64,000 bases of DNA, taken from contig CAVPCP010000021.1 in assembly GCA_963702415.1 (NCBI GenBank), positions 145,383 to 209,382 on the forward strand, read 5' to 3'. This document shows, one piece after another, positions 22,165-32,568 of the stretch. Each line of letters opens with the position of its first letter. Positions within the stretch are counted from its first letter, which is position 1. The notes under the pieces are model-generated. The model was not told the origin of the DNA. It saw only the letters and a program-made list of their open reading frames with translations, and searched no databases. The translations under genes were made by a program, and so were the position numbers. This DNA is from an uncultured Bacteroidales bacterium. GTDB taxonomy: Bacteria > Bacteroidota > Bacteroidia > Bacteroidales > VadinHA17.

Positions 22165-22866
22165 TTATCTCAGTCTGAATACCAGGCCACCTCCAAGGCT
22201 GAACTGCCAGAATGTCGAAAAACCTGTTACTCCTGCCCCTGCGCCTCCGGTTCCGAAATAAACACCACCGCCGACGGCCTGAACAGCCGAAATAAGGCCT
22301 GCCTGCAACTTGATCCCGACTTTCTCATTGGCCCATATATTCGCCCCGGCCTTAATACCCCAGGCAAATTTTGTGGCACCGCCTGATCGTCCGTCATCAG
22401 GATCAGTTATATTATAAATGCCCATTCCCAGCTGCATTCCTGCAAAAGGTTCTATCTTGGGATTAACCGGCATATATTTGTTAAAACTCAAAAACAGATA
22501 GTTATGGGCCATATCAAATTCTGTGAACTGAATGCCGTTATTATAATAATTTATCGGTGCTTTTGAATCGAGCCTCAGGTAGGTAAATTCAACCCCGATG
22601 GTTGGAGCCGGCATAACTTCAAGTCCTCCTCCCCATTGAAACCCTCCGTTTACTGAGCCTTCAAAATATTGCGTATCCGAGTAATACGAATCCACACTGT
22701 TGTCGTCGAATGCATAAGTCGTATATCCGTGCAGGCGTACAGCCGGGCCGCTGCTTTTCTGAGGTGCGGGCTGCGGCTGAGTATTGGTTGATGCCTGTTG
22801 CGGGTAGTATTGCGCAAAAGCATATGTTCCCGTCAGAAAGAATAAAATTGTGAATAGTTTTTTCAT
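22165..22866 (-). CDS. Outer-membrane beta-barrel protein
   Basis: Signal peptide; C-terminal FSLGGGLVFRLR. Confidence 0.7.
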   Translation of the reverse strand: MKKLFTILFFLTGTYAFAQYYPQQASTNTQPQPAPQKSSGPAVRLHGYTTYAFDDNSVDSYYSDTQYFEGSVNGGFQWGGGLEVMPAPTIGVEFTYLRLDSKAPINYYNNGIQFTEFDMAHNYLFLSFNKYMPVNPKIEPFAGMQLGMGIYNITDPDDGRSGGATKFAWGIKAGANIWANEKVGIKLQAGLISAVQAVGGGVYFGTGGAGAGVTGFSTFWQFSLGGGLVFRLR

Positions 22867-22904
22867 CTGTTAGTTTTTAAATTGAGTTGGTTCTGTTCCG
22901 CTAT

Positions 22905-23440
22905 TTAGAGCTTAGGTGGATATTTCATAAATATCTGCTTAACGGCATAGTTGATATTCTGTTCCCTTTTCTTTTCACTTGCATCAGGTTCAATCGTCTT
23001 TGTGCCTCTCCCCTGCCATACGAGCTGATTTTTCTTTGTATCAATCATATCAATGAACAGCGTTCCGTCGACATAGGTATCATAATTTATAGTTGTGGTT
23101 GAGAAGCCTCCCCCCAGCCGTACCTGTAGCCATAGCCATAACCCCCTGTATTTGTCGCTGTGGCTGTCTGCTTCTGTTCTCCCTTGAGCTTAATATCTAT
23201 CATAACATCAGGATTACTTTCTGATTTGGTAAAGCCTTTGGCAGCCAGTTCGGATTCTATTGCAGTAAAAAGCCTCTTCTTGTTGAGATCATCTACCGCA
23301 AGATTCAAGGCCTCTTCCGTGAAGGAATATGTCTTGTAAGCCGAAAATCCTGCTGTCCTGTCAAAATCAGACGAAATCTTTACACTGCTGCATGATGCGG
23401 CAATTATCAAAACAATCGCTAAAAAAAGTAACTTTTTCAT
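22905..23440 (-). CDS. DUF4136 lipoprotein with a 1-bp frameshift in a G6 run (probable assembly error)
   Basis: Adding one G at 23110-23115 gives ...GWGGGFSTTTINYDTYVDGTLFIDMIDTKKNQLVWQGRG...KYPPKL*. Confidence 0.75.
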
Positions 23441-23457
23441 TATTTATTTATATGTAT

Positions 23458-24045
23458 TTAATTTGAAAAAACGAATCCAACATTTATTGTAACAAATCCC
23501 TGCGCCGGAAGATCGCCAGCCTTGAATCCATAATAATACTTCGAGGCTAGCATGATCCCTACTCCTGGCGCCGGCTGAATCAGCACACCTATCTCAGGCC
23601 TCAATGCAAAATGCCATGCATCCTTCTCAAACGTATAGGCTCCCATATCCGTATTCTGCAGCGTGTACATTGTGCCTAATCCAAGGCCTGCGAAAGCACT
23701 GATCTGTTCTCCCGGGTTCATGTAATAATCTGCTGCCACAAGTATCGGCCAGTGGTTGCTGTACCTCCACTGTTTGGCTGAATAGGTGATATCCTTGTAC
23801 TCATATGTATCGTATGGCTTCTCCTCATAGAACACGTTCCACCCTATGTCCACTCCTACTCCTACGTTAGTTTGTACCAGCTTCCGGTAATCGATAGTGA
23901 AGCCCCTGAAACTCGTCTTGCTGATGTAATCATGCATGTCCCCCGTCCCGAATCCTATGGAATACGACAGGGCTGTTATGCTCGACTGTCCGTATGCTGA
24001 AATACCCAGTACCGTTATTATGGCTATTGTAAATATCTTTTTCAT
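23458..24045 (-). CDS. Outer-membrane beta-barrel protein
   Basis: Signal peptide; FAGLGLG; C-terminal INVGFVF. Confidence 0.7.
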   Translation of the reverse strand: MKKIFTIAIITVLGISAYGQSSITALSYSIGFGTGDMHDYISKTSFRGFTIDYRKLVQTNVGVGVDIGWNVFYEEKPYDTYEYKDITYSAKQWRYSNHWPILVAADYYMNPGEQISAFAGLGLGTMYTLQNTDMGAYTFEKDAWHFALRPEIGVLIQPAPGVGIMLASKYYYGFKAGDLPAQGFVTINVGFVFSN

Positions 24046-24058
24046 ATCCGATGGTTTT

Positions 24059-24688
24059 TTAGTTGGTTTTCAGATAGGGTGACTGGATAAACGTATTGTC
24101 GATGGCTGTACGCAGACGTTCAGCATCATACGATCCCGTAAGTATACCGTTGATCGCTCCTGTCCACTGTGTTACAGGGTTACCATTGCTCCCCACTATA
24201 TCCTTGTCTATAAGATTCATCACAAGTGTCCCTGTTGTATAGGAACTCACATATACAGGCGGATAGTAGCCTCCCCAGCCCCAGCCGGGATAATAGCCCC
24301 CATACCACCAGTACCAGTAATCGTAGTAGTAGTAGACGGTAGTTACTTCCCATGCTGCCGGGGTAAGTAACAGATCAGGATCGGCTGATACATCAACTTT
24401 CTGCCATCCCAGTGACTCCATATTATCGTCGATCATTCCAAGGATAGCTTGTGCTGTTGCCTCCGGAATAAATTCAGGCTCATCGCCTTCAATCAGGTTT
24501 CCTGTGATCTTTACAATCTGATCGGGCATGGCATATGTTGCTTTTGCAGCAAAATCATATTCAGGATTGTGCTTCGAAAGCGACACGTCCAGTTCCTCAT
24601 AGTAGTCTGGTCCCCCGGGGTAACATCCCCAGAGAAGAACTAAGCCCATACTGAATAAAACAAATTTAATTCCTCTTTTCATAAACAT
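24059..24688 (-). CDS. DUF4136-like lipoprotein
   Basis: Lipobox LWGC; Y/W/G-rich segment; YTTGTLVMNLID; QSPYL. Confidence 0.7.
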   Translation of the reverse strand: MFMKRGIKFVLFSMGLVLLWGCYPGGPDYYEELDVSLSKHNPEYDFAAKATYAMPDQIVKITGNLIEGDEPEFIPEATAQAILGMIDDNMESLGWQKVDVSADPDLLLTPAAWEVTTVYYYYDYWYWWYGGYYPGWGWGGYYPPVYVSSYTTGTLVMNLIDKDIVGSNGNPVTQWTGAINGILTGSYDAERLRTAIDNTFIQSPYLKTN

Positions 24689-24922
24689 CGCGTTTTAATT
24701 GTTATTAAATATTCTTTAAGCTCATTACATTTCAATGATGATCAACATTACATATAATGCCATTACAAAGCATCAAAAAAGCAAAAACAGATCAAAATTT
24801 AACATGACTGCAGACGGGTCCGTTTAATAATTGTCTTAAAATTGTCATGACTAAACATGATATTCAACATTATTGTTCATTTTATGAGTGTATGGTCAAC
24901 AATAATATGCTTGAGAATTGTT

Positions 24923-25471
24923 TCAGAATTTAAATCCGATTCCTCCCATTGCAGAATTTATCCAGCCATCCTTGTAACAGCTGTTTGATGCCCAGGCTAT
25001 TTCATATTCAGCATTAATGAAGAAATTTTCTTTAAGGAATATCATTATTCCGGCTCCACCGCCACCGTAAAATCCCAAATCATTGTCACTAAAGCTTACA
25101 AAACCTTCCCTCTTAAGACCGGAAAACTGCATACCAAGTGCTCCTTTTACAAATGCCTTGATTTTCTCATTGCCAAACATAACTTTTGGCGCATAGTACA
25201 GAGGGAAAGAATTTATAGTGCTTGTGGTTTCCAGGGAACCTGATCCTTCTGTTGAAACAAGATTAATATAACCGAATGAAATCCCGTGTGCAAGTTTACC
25301 TCCACCCGGATTGAATTCGTAAAGACCGTTGATTCGCCAGCCTGTTCCTTTATCATCCGAATCTTCGATGTTTGCAAATGCGTAGCCTCCGCTGATGGTG
25401 ATCATGTTTTCCTGTGATAAGGCTTTAAATGAAACCAATATCAAAAATGCGATTAAAATGTTTGTTTTCAT
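24923..25471 (-). CDS. Outer-membrane beta-barrel protein
   Basis: Signal peptide; ends GIGFKF. Confidence 0.7.
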   Translation of the reverse strand: MKTNILIAFLILVSFKALSQENMITISGGYAFANIEDSDDKGTGWRINGLYEFNPGGGKLAHGISFGYINLVSTEGSGSLETTSTINSFPLYYAPKVMFGNEKIKAFVKGALGMQFSGLKREGFVSFSDNDLGFYGGGGAGIMIFLKENFFINAEYEIAWASNSCYKDGWINSAMGGIGFKF

Positions 25472-25698
25472 AATTTAAAGATTTATGTAAAATTAATAAA
25501 ACTTCTTATACCAGGTCTGTTATTTAGTGGTGTTGTCCGGGCAAACATTTTTTGGGCAAATACAATAATAATAACCGTGTATATAATCCGGTTAACTGTC
25601 CTGAATAAATAATTTGGTTTCACTTTTTAAATTTAGGTAAAATTACACACATAAAGTCCTGCCGGCAATACTTAATGCTAAGTATATTCTGATATCCA

Positions 25699-26742
25699 TT
25701 AAAAGGTATAACCAAGTGATGTAATGATTCCCCAGTCATTTTTTGAGGAGCTGCTTTCCGAAGAAACACTATCGAAATTATCGTAAATAGTAATATCGAA
25801 AAACAGATCCTTCAGGATTTCAATTTTGGATGAAAGGTCATATTCCAGTCTGGTACGTCCTCTTGTTGTCAGGCTGGGAAAAACATTAAAACCACTTGAA
25901 ATGTCAATTTTAGGATGACTGTACCTGAACCATTTGTATTGCACACTCAACAACATTTCAATATTATTTGATTCGAGTGCTTCCTCGATTGTACGTTCAC
26001 GGTTGGCCAGCAATCCTGTTATAAAAGACAGCCTGTGGGAATTGTTCCTGACAAAATCGTACCCGCCACCCACTCCTACCTGTAGCCGCTGATCCAGATC
26101 CAGCTCACTGTTCTGCTGGTCAATTACCTGGACAGCTGCCAACCATTTACCTTTTAAAAAGCGTGTGACGCTTAACCCTATATCATTATTTCTGGATATT
26201 AAACTATCTACTTCAGATAATATGCTGCTCATATCGAAAGTCGTTGAATAGTTCGTTGTACGGTAGGTTGCAGTGGCTGCGACATTGTATTGAAGCACAT
26301 CAGTTGCCTTTGTATAACTTAACCCCATACTGACTGATCCGTCAATCCTTTGAAAAAACTGGTTTTTAATTGAGGTTATCTGTACAATGCTCCACATCGG
26401 CCTCGGAACAGTGTCGGTGATTGTCAGAATATTAACAGTGCCGGGTATTTTTGAATCCATCAGCGAACCAAAATATCGTAAGCCTGAAGTTGTGCGGATC
26501 TCGAACTGTTTTGATGAATATATTGTTGAGATCCTGTCGAATTCGATGTTAACCGTCTGCATTGCATCGGTTTTCAGAAACAGCAAACCGTATTCAAATT
26601 TTTTCAGCTCTCCTGTAAGCCGGTCGCCATTGCTCAGGTATATAGTATCGTTCTTCTGTGCCTGCGACGGAAGAAAAGAGAGGCAGCATACAGCTATAAA
26701 TGAGATCGCATATCTGATCGTTCCTGAATCAGTAATCATAAA
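25699..26742 (-). CDS. DUF481 domain outer-membrane protein
   Basis: DTIYLSNGDRLTGELK N-terminus; ends TSLGYTF. Confidence 0.75.
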   Translation of the reverse strand, partial: FMITDSGTIRYAISFIAVCCLSFLPSQAQKNDTIYLSNGDRLTGELKKFEYGLLFLKTDAMQTVNIEFDRISTIYSSKQFEIRTTSGLRYFGSLMDSKIPGTVNILTITDTVPRPMWSIVQITSIKNQFFQRIDGSVSMGLSYTKATDVLQYNVAATATYRTTNYSTTFDMSSILSEVDSLISRNNDIGLSVTRFLKGKWLAAVQVIDQQNSELDLDQRLQVGVGGGYDFVRNNSHRLSFITGLLANRERTIEEALESNNIEMLLSVQYKWFRYSHPKIDISSGFNVFPSLTTRGRTRLEYDLSSKIEILKDLFFDITIYDNFDSVSSESSSSKNDWGIITSLGYTF

Positions 26743-27424
26743 ATTCCAGGTTCCTGAACATAAGGACATTCAGGGAGAAGTAAAAGACATTTGAATTCAG
26801 TCCCTCATAAGGTTTGAATCCAGATGCATTAACATAATCCTGGTTATGGAATCCGCTCAGATAATACTTGAATTTCAGGTTAGTTCCATAGGGAAACTGG
26901 ACTCCTACCAGAAAACCATGCTGAAAAAGCTCCTGTCTTGAGCTGAACCAACCGGTTATTTTACCGATTTTATCCCCGCCTTCAAAAGTTTTTTCCTTAT
27001 AAAGCCAGGCAAGCTCAACCTCATATCCTCCGTACAGAAACAGATTGTCGAGGTTCCCTATTTTAACCCCGAAAGGAACACCGATATTATAGGAGCGGAA
27101 CTTCTTTTTGTAGTTGGCGCCGTCTTCAGGATCTGTATAGTGACCATAGATATATCCAACGTTTCTTATACCCAGGCCGGTAAACAATCCGAATCTGTCG
27201 CTCATATCGGCGTTTAAGATCGTCTCTATATTGATAACCGGGGCAAACCGTAAGATGGAACTCTGATCCTTACCGTTATCTTCAATATCGGCCAGGGAGA
27301 AGATAATCTCGAGACCGGTGGTAGTGTATGTATCCAACTGGCTGAATGAAGGAATGGCCAGTAAAACGAAAGCGATCGTCAGAATTGCTTTTTGTTTCAT
27401 CTTCTTAAGTATTAAATAAAACAT
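26729..27424 (-). CDS. Outer-membrane beta-barrel protein
   Basis: Signal peptide; GLFTGLGIRNVG, IGVPFGVKIG. Confidence 0.65.
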   Translation of the reverse strand: MFYLILKKMKQKAILTIAFVLLAIPSFSQLDTYTTTGLEIIFSLADIEDNGKDQSSILRFAPVINIETILNADMSDRFGLFTGLGIRNVGYIYGHYTDPEDGANYKKKFRSYNIGVPFGVKIGNLDNLFLYGGYEVELAWLYKEKTFEGGDKIGKITGWFSSRQELFQHGFLVGVQFPYGTNLKFKYYLSGFHNQDYVNASGFKPYEGLNSNVFYFSLNVLMFRNLEFYDY

Positions 27425-27502
27425 CGGGCAAAAATAGAAATTTTTATCAGAAAAAAATCCGGACAGATAATAATCTCACTATTCTTTCAATTCATCAACC
27501 GG

Positions 27503-27582
27503 CGTGTGACGTGCGGCGTGTGACTTGCGGCGTGCGGCTTGCGGTGTGTGGTAAATAACCAGCAACCAGGACCCGGCACCTG
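27503..27582. repeat. Tandem degenerate heptamer repeats
   Basis: CGTGTGA CGTGCGG CGTGTGA CTTGCGG CGTGCGG CTTGCGG TGTGTGG, then AACCAGC AACCAGG ACCCGGC. Confidence 0.7.
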
Positions 27583-27659
27583 TTTATCAGGAACCTGAAT
27601 TAATTATTATATTTGAACCCGTTGAAGTAAATGCTCAAACTAAAATCAAATCAGGTATT

Positions 27660-28285
27660 ATGAAAAATTTGAAAGTCATTTATTCATTGTCAGCAGTATT
27701 GGCGCTTTTGCTTTCGTTCTCAGCTCCCCTGACTGCCCAGAAATTTGAAGTGATCCCTTTTATAGGATATGAGACAAGCGGAAAGATCAATTCCCTTTCT
27801 GGAGGTGTTTTCCGGATAAACGACGGGATGGCTTATGGGGGTTCATTCAGCTATGGCTCCGGCGAAGGATTCAGGTTTGAGATCACTTACACCCGTCAGG
27901 GATCAGATCTTACCTATACAATAGATGAAAGTACAGACCATATCTGCGACCTTGCAGTCAATCAGATCTCATTTGGTGCAGTTTATGAGTATAATCCCGA
28001 GGACAAAGTGGTGCCGTTCGGAAGGTTTGCGCTTGGTTCTTCTATCTATGAGCCTCTTGATACGGATATTGAATCAGAGAAGATTTTCCATTTCAGCTTT
28101 GCCGGCGGAACAAAATTAAATTTAAACGATCGTATTGGATTCCGATTACAGGCAACCCTCTATCTGCCCCTGTTTTTTGAGGGACTATATTTCAGCGAGG
28201 GGCCAGGGGGGAGGAACCTGAAGTCGGAACGAAAGTTGCAGGAGTTCAGGGTGAATTTACAGGGGGGATTATTTTCAGATTCTGA
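27660..28285 (+). CDS. Outer-membrane beta-barrel protein with a 1-bp frameshift in a G6 run (probable assembly error)
   Basis: Adding one G at 28206-28211 gives ...GEEPEVGTKVAGVQGEFTGGIIFRF*, a typical barrel C-terminal Phe. Confidence 0.7.
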
Positions 28286-28409
28286 AAAATAATCTGCAGC
28301 GGGGAATACCTTTAATGATTTTTAAAGACTGATTGGTGAACACCGGTAAGGAATTTTTGTTTTTGACGTTTTCATTCCTGAATCCTTATCAAAAGATATT
28401 AAACCCGGG

Positions 28410-28730
28410 CCAAAAAATACCAATTTTGTCATAAGATAAATTCCATTTGTCAAAATCATAAATATTCTGTCCCAATCTATTCATGCTTTGCTATTATATT
28501 AAATATCTGCATATTAACTGACATCTTCATCAGTCATTCCGGCCAGCATCCTGATTCCTTATAAATTATAATCTGCAAATGACGAACGGCTCAATTCTTA
28601 CCTTGAGTTGTGTCTGCCTGTAAACAATCATCAGTTTTTCATTGACAAAGGTTCCCTGAAAAGCCATCAATTCTTTATTGAATGGGCGCAAGCAGCTTGC
28701 CAGCGTGATCCAGGAACGTTACCTTTACCA
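28410..28730 (+). promoter_or_regulatory. Upstream module F, copy 1 (copy 2 at ~32175-32495)
   Basis: Shared blocks TTRTCATAA-N12-TTGTCAAAATCA, ATAAATTATAATC...TGACGAAC, TGCCTGTAAACAATCATC.GTTTTTCAT. Confidence 0.65.
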
Positions 28731-28777
28731 GGTAGCAAAATCATTTTTCCCAACCCCTGCAAAAATGAATATTCTTA

Positions 28778-29242
28778 ATGAAAGAATTACTTATAGAGCA
28801 GACTCCAAAAACTCCCCTGATTGATCTGAATCAATTGACAGGAGACCTTGTTTTTTCCGGCAAATCAATTCCTGAAAATGCAGCCAAATTATATGAACCA
28901 GTAGTCAACTGGGCGACTGAATATATTCTGAATGCTAAACCAATTACAAATTTAAGACTCAAACTGGAGTATTACAATTCTGCATCATCAATATGGCTGA
29001 CAAAACTGCTTAAAGTACTTATTCGGATAAGCCAGCCTGATTATACTTTAATAATCCATCTCTATCTGCCCTTAGAGGATTATGATGAAATTGATGATTT
29101 TGATGATATTAAAGATACTTTTATGCCCATATCAAATATTGATAACAGTACAATACTTTCTGTTGGCATTAAACTGTATGGTGTAGATGATAATGGCGGA
29201 ATAAGAAAAGAAACATTGGTTTTTATTGAGCCTGACAATTAA
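28778..29242 (+). CDS. SiaC family (DUF1987) regulatory phosphoprotein
   Basis: TPKTP, SGKSIPENA, LEYYNSASS motifs. Confidence 0.8.
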   Translation: MKELLIEQTPKTPLIDLNQLTGDLVFSGKSIPENAAKLYEPVVNWATEYILNAKPITNLRLKLEYYNSASSIWLTKLLKVLIRISQPDYTLIIHLYLPLEDYDEIDDFDDIKDTFMPISNIDNSTILSVGIKLYGVDDNGGIRKETLVFIEPDN

Positions 29243-29348
29243 TAGCAAGCTTAACCCAAATTATATTTTAATTACCACCCGACGGCTCACATATTTCATT
29301 TATCCTTCTGAGCAAGAAAAAACCCGGCTTTTAACCGGGTCGCTCCTA

Positions 29349-29450
29349 TCAGTTAAGGTAAAATTCAAATAATCGTGTAGGATCAATAATGATCGGCCCT
29401 GTTTCCAGCTCCCAGAAAGGGAATATACATCTGATGCTTTCTTCGTCCAT
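29349..29450 (-). CDS. Possible 33-aa small protein
   Basis: MDEESIRCIFPFWELETGPIIIDPTRLFEFYLN*; A-rich upstream; followed by hairpin ACCCGG...CCGGGT plus T-run on the - strand. Confidence 0.35.
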   Translation of the reverse strand: MDEESIRCIFPFWELETGPIIIDPTRLFEFYLN

Positions 29451-29669
29451 TTTTTAAGTTCTTTAAAGCACCAAAATAATTAATGTCCCCGTATCCTCTG
29501 ATATAAAGACTCCCGGATTTGATAACAGGCTTATCCGCTTACATTAAAGGGGCCAATCAATTGACTAAAATTATTTGACATCCTTTTAATACCTGCTTCC
29601 CGTTCTGTAATTGGAAGGAATCAGCACAATCAGAAAGTCGTGTTTGAGGCGTTAAAAGCCTCACTGATC

Positions 29670-29828
29670 TTATTTAATAGTAAAGAATTTTTTGGGATTG
29701 TAATAAGGTGAGAGTTTCTGGTTCTCATAAAATCTCTTCAGCACCTGTTCATCCGGCACATTGGGCTGAGTCCCTATCCAGGTGTAAGCATTTACACGGA
29801 CATATCTGATCTGTTTCTCCGGTTTCAT
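29670..29828 (-). CDS. 52-aa small protein
   Basis: MKPEKQIRYVRVNAYTWIGTQPNVPDEQVLKRFYENQK...; followed by hairpin TGAGGC...GCCTCA; faint similarity to 30475..30687. Confidence 0.5.
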   Translation of the reverse strand: MKPEKQIRYVRVNAYTWIGTQPNVPDEQVLKRFYENQKLSPYYNPKKFFTIK

Positions 29829-30041
29829 TATATCTGATTTTTCACACTAAGTTTTCAAATCTATCATTAAGCAAATAACGTAAAAAAAGGAATTGAATTT
29901 AGTTATGGCACGTTTTTTAAATCAAACATAATGTAAATATTTCAAAATAAATGAATTATGTTATGGTATATCAATATATTATTAGTATCTTACAAAATAT
30001 GCATTTCAAAATTATGCCAATAATACACCAATATTTATATA

Positions 30042-30239
30042 ATGATAAACACAATTAAAAAAACAAAAAGAAGTAGAAATGACCTGCCATCAACGTCTAA
30101 AGAAACGAAAAAGATAATTTCTGAGGAAGATATACGCAAGAGAGCATTTGAAATCTATCAGGAGAATGGCCCTCAATCTTCCAATGAACTGGATAATTGG
30201 TTTTATGCTAAAAGAGAGTTGGATGGATATTACCTATAG
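30042..30239 (+). CDS. DUF2934 domain protein
   Basis: EEDIRKRAFEIYQENG...LDNWFYAKREL. Confidence 0.8.
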   Translation: MINTIKKTKRSRNDLPSTSKETKKIISEEDIRKRAFEIYQENGPQSSNELDNWFYAKRELDGYYL

Positions 30240-30288
30240 GATAATCTAATCTCAGGTTGAAATCAGAAACATCCTGGGATCAAGCGGG

Positions 30289-30314
30289 ACCCCCGGTGAA
30301 AATCGGGGGTTCTT
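30289..30314 (+). terminator. Hairpin T, variant copy
   Basis: ACCCCCGGTGAAAATCGGGGGTTCTTT. Confidence 0.6.
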
Positions 30315-30474
30315 TGTTAGAATAAACCAGGTATTTATCTTACATTCAGATACATCAGGATAGATTAGCCTGTCAGAAAACATATTATAACGGTTTTTAT
30401 AAAATATATATCATCACCTGTTAAAGTAATTACCATAACAGGACAGATAAGAGAATTAAAATTTCGTTAATTGA

Positions 30475-30687
30475 ATGGAGTATATTATGCTAGAAAAAAA
30501 ACACATCATTTTCAAAACGCCCGACATTACTAAAATGCAGGAAGTTATTATAAATTATAAGACAAAACTATACATTGCGATAGGAGCTGATCCTGAAGAA
30601 GCCAGAAGTCGTTATTTAAACAGACCGGATTCAAAATACAAATCACTTATTGTACAGAAAAAAACAGCCATACCTAAAGCAGGATAA
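30475..30687 (+). CDS. Small hypothetical protein
   Basis: 70-aa ORF, ...IINYKTKLYIAIGADPEEARSRY. Confidence 0.6.
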   Translation: MEYIMLEKKHIIFKTPDITKMQEVIINYKTKLYIAIGADPEEARSRYLNRPDSKYKSLIVQKKTAIPKAG

Positions 30688-30775
30688 GGTTTTTTCACAC
30701 TAACTTCGTAAGATGTTTTCTGAATTATTCGGAACAGGACATGAAAATCAGGTTTTTCTAAGACAAAAAAAAATC

Positions 30776-31993
30776 ATGAGACGAATATCCTATTTTATAA
30801 CTGCATTGTTATTAGTGTCTTCAGGATGCGGCCAAAAAGCAGAAGAGTATATAAACTCAGGGCTTTTAAAGTACAACCTAAGGGATTACAACGGAGCAAT
30901 TGCTGACTATAATGAAGTAATCGGACTTGACCCTGATAATGCAACAGCATATCGTAACAGAGGAGCAGCAAAGAGCAACCTTCTTGACTACAATGGAGCA
31001 ATTACAGACTATAATAAAGCTATTGAGCTTAATCCTGGTGATGCAAACACTTATTATGACAGAGGTTTAGTAAAGTACAGCCTCAGGGACTACAAGGGAG
31101 CAATTACAGACTATAGTAAGGCTATTGAACTTAACCCTGATCATGCATTGTCTTATTGTAACAGAGGAGCAGCAAAGAGCAATCTGCTGGACTACAATGG
31201 CGCAATTACTGATTTTAGTAAGGCTGTTGAACTTAACCCGGATTATGCAATGGCTTATTTTAACAGAGGTGTGGTAAAAAGCATCCTCACTGACTACAGT
31301 GGAGCAATAGAGGACTATAATAATGCAATTGAGATTGATCCTGAATATGCAGAGACCTATAGCAACAGAGGATTGGCAAAGGTAAAGCTAAAAGACTTCA
31401 ATGGTGCAATTGCTGACTATTCCAAAGCAATAGAAATTAAACCTGAGAATGCGAATGCTTATTATCAAAGCAGAGCCTTTCTGAATTTCTCTGTCGGAGA
31501 CTACGATGGAGCAATTGCTGATTTTACAAAGATAACAGAGATTAGCCCTGATGCAAATACTTATAATGTCAGAGGATTGGCAAAGGCCAACCTTAAGGAC
31601 TTTAATGGCGCAATTGCAGATTATACTGAAGCTTTGGCGATTGATAGTGATTATATAAAGGCATATTCTAACAGAGGAATAGCAAAGGATAGTCTCCTGG
31701 ACTACACAGGAGCAGTTTCTGATTACTCTTCAGTTATTGAACTTGACCCTGACAATGCAGCTAGTTATTATGACCGAGGAGTAGTAAAGAATAAACTTAA
31801 ACACTATAGGGGTGCAATTGATGATTTTACTAAAGCTATAGAACTTAATCCTGAGTATGCAGAGGCCTGGTATAACCGAGGTATAACTAAACTTAATATC
31901 GGGCAGATCAAAAGTGGATGCGGGGATTTCAGAAAAGCTGCAGAATTAGGATTTTCCCAGGCTGAAAGGTATATAAGGAAATACTGTAAATAA
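30776..31993 (+). CDS. Tetratricopeptide-repeat lipoprotein
   Basis: Lipobox SSGC; about 11 repeats of AY.NRG..K..L.DY.GAI.DY.KAIEL.P. Confidence 0.9.
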   Translation: MRRISYFITALLLVSSGCGQKAEEYINSGLLKYNLRDYNGAIADYNEVIGLDPDNATAYRNRGAAKSNLLDYNGAITDYNKAIELNPGDANTYYDRGLVKYSLRDYKGAITDYSKAIELNPDHALSYCNRGAAKSNLLDYNGAITDFSKAVELNPDYAMAYFNRGVVKSILTDYSGAIEDYNNAIEIDPEYAETYSNRGLAKVKLKDFNGAIADYSKAIEIKPENANAYYQSRAFLNFSVGDYDGAIADFTKITEISPDANTYNVRGLAKANLKDFNGAIADYTEALAIDSDYIKAYSNRGIAKDSLLDYTGAVSDYSSVIELDPDNAASYYDRGVVKNKLKHYRGAIDDFTKAIELNPEYAEAWYNRGITKLNIGQIKSGCGDFRKAAELGFSQAERYIRKYCK

Positions 31994-32174
31994 TCTTCCT
32001 AGAGCACGTGTCATCCCGAAGAAGAAAAACCCGAGCCTGCGAGGTTTTGACGACTGAGGGATCCCCCAGGTTAAATTGCACTACCTGTATGACCGAAGAT
32101 CCTGAATTTAAAGCGATGATTACCTTTTTGATGTTTTCATACCTGAATCTAACCTGAAAAGTATCAAAATTGGG

Positions 32175-32495
32175 CATAAAATCACCAAATTTATCATAAT
32201 AAAAATCCAGTTTGTCAAAATCAGGGATTTCTGATACCTCTCTTAAAACAATGCACATATTATTTTGAATATCAATATAATAGTTCGCTTTTTGTTACAA
32301 TTTCACTGTAAACATTCTGATTTCTCATAAATTATAATCCGTTTTTGACGAACCACCTGCTTCCGAAAGTAAAGTGCGTTTGCCTGTAAACAATCATCCG
32401 TTTTTCATACACAAAGCATCTGTAGATCGTCCTTATTTCCGCACTAAATGGACATTTGCATCATGTCACCATGATAAATCGCTATTATCTTTACT
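32175..32495 (+). promoter_or_regulatory. Upstream module F, copy 2
   Basis: Diverged duplicate of ~28410-28730. Confidence 0.65.
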
Positions 32496-32568
32496 TCGAA
32501 CATAATACCAATAGCTTTGAAAACACTTTATGAGATTTCAAAAGATTTGTCTAACTAAATTTTAAAAA

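Noticed and set aside
27503..27582. Heptamer tract as part of the cassette system
   Set aside because: Single occurrence between divergent core genes, with no similarity to array modules.
30776..31993. ~102-bp tandem DNA repeats
   Set aside because: These are the coding repeats of 34-aa TPR units.
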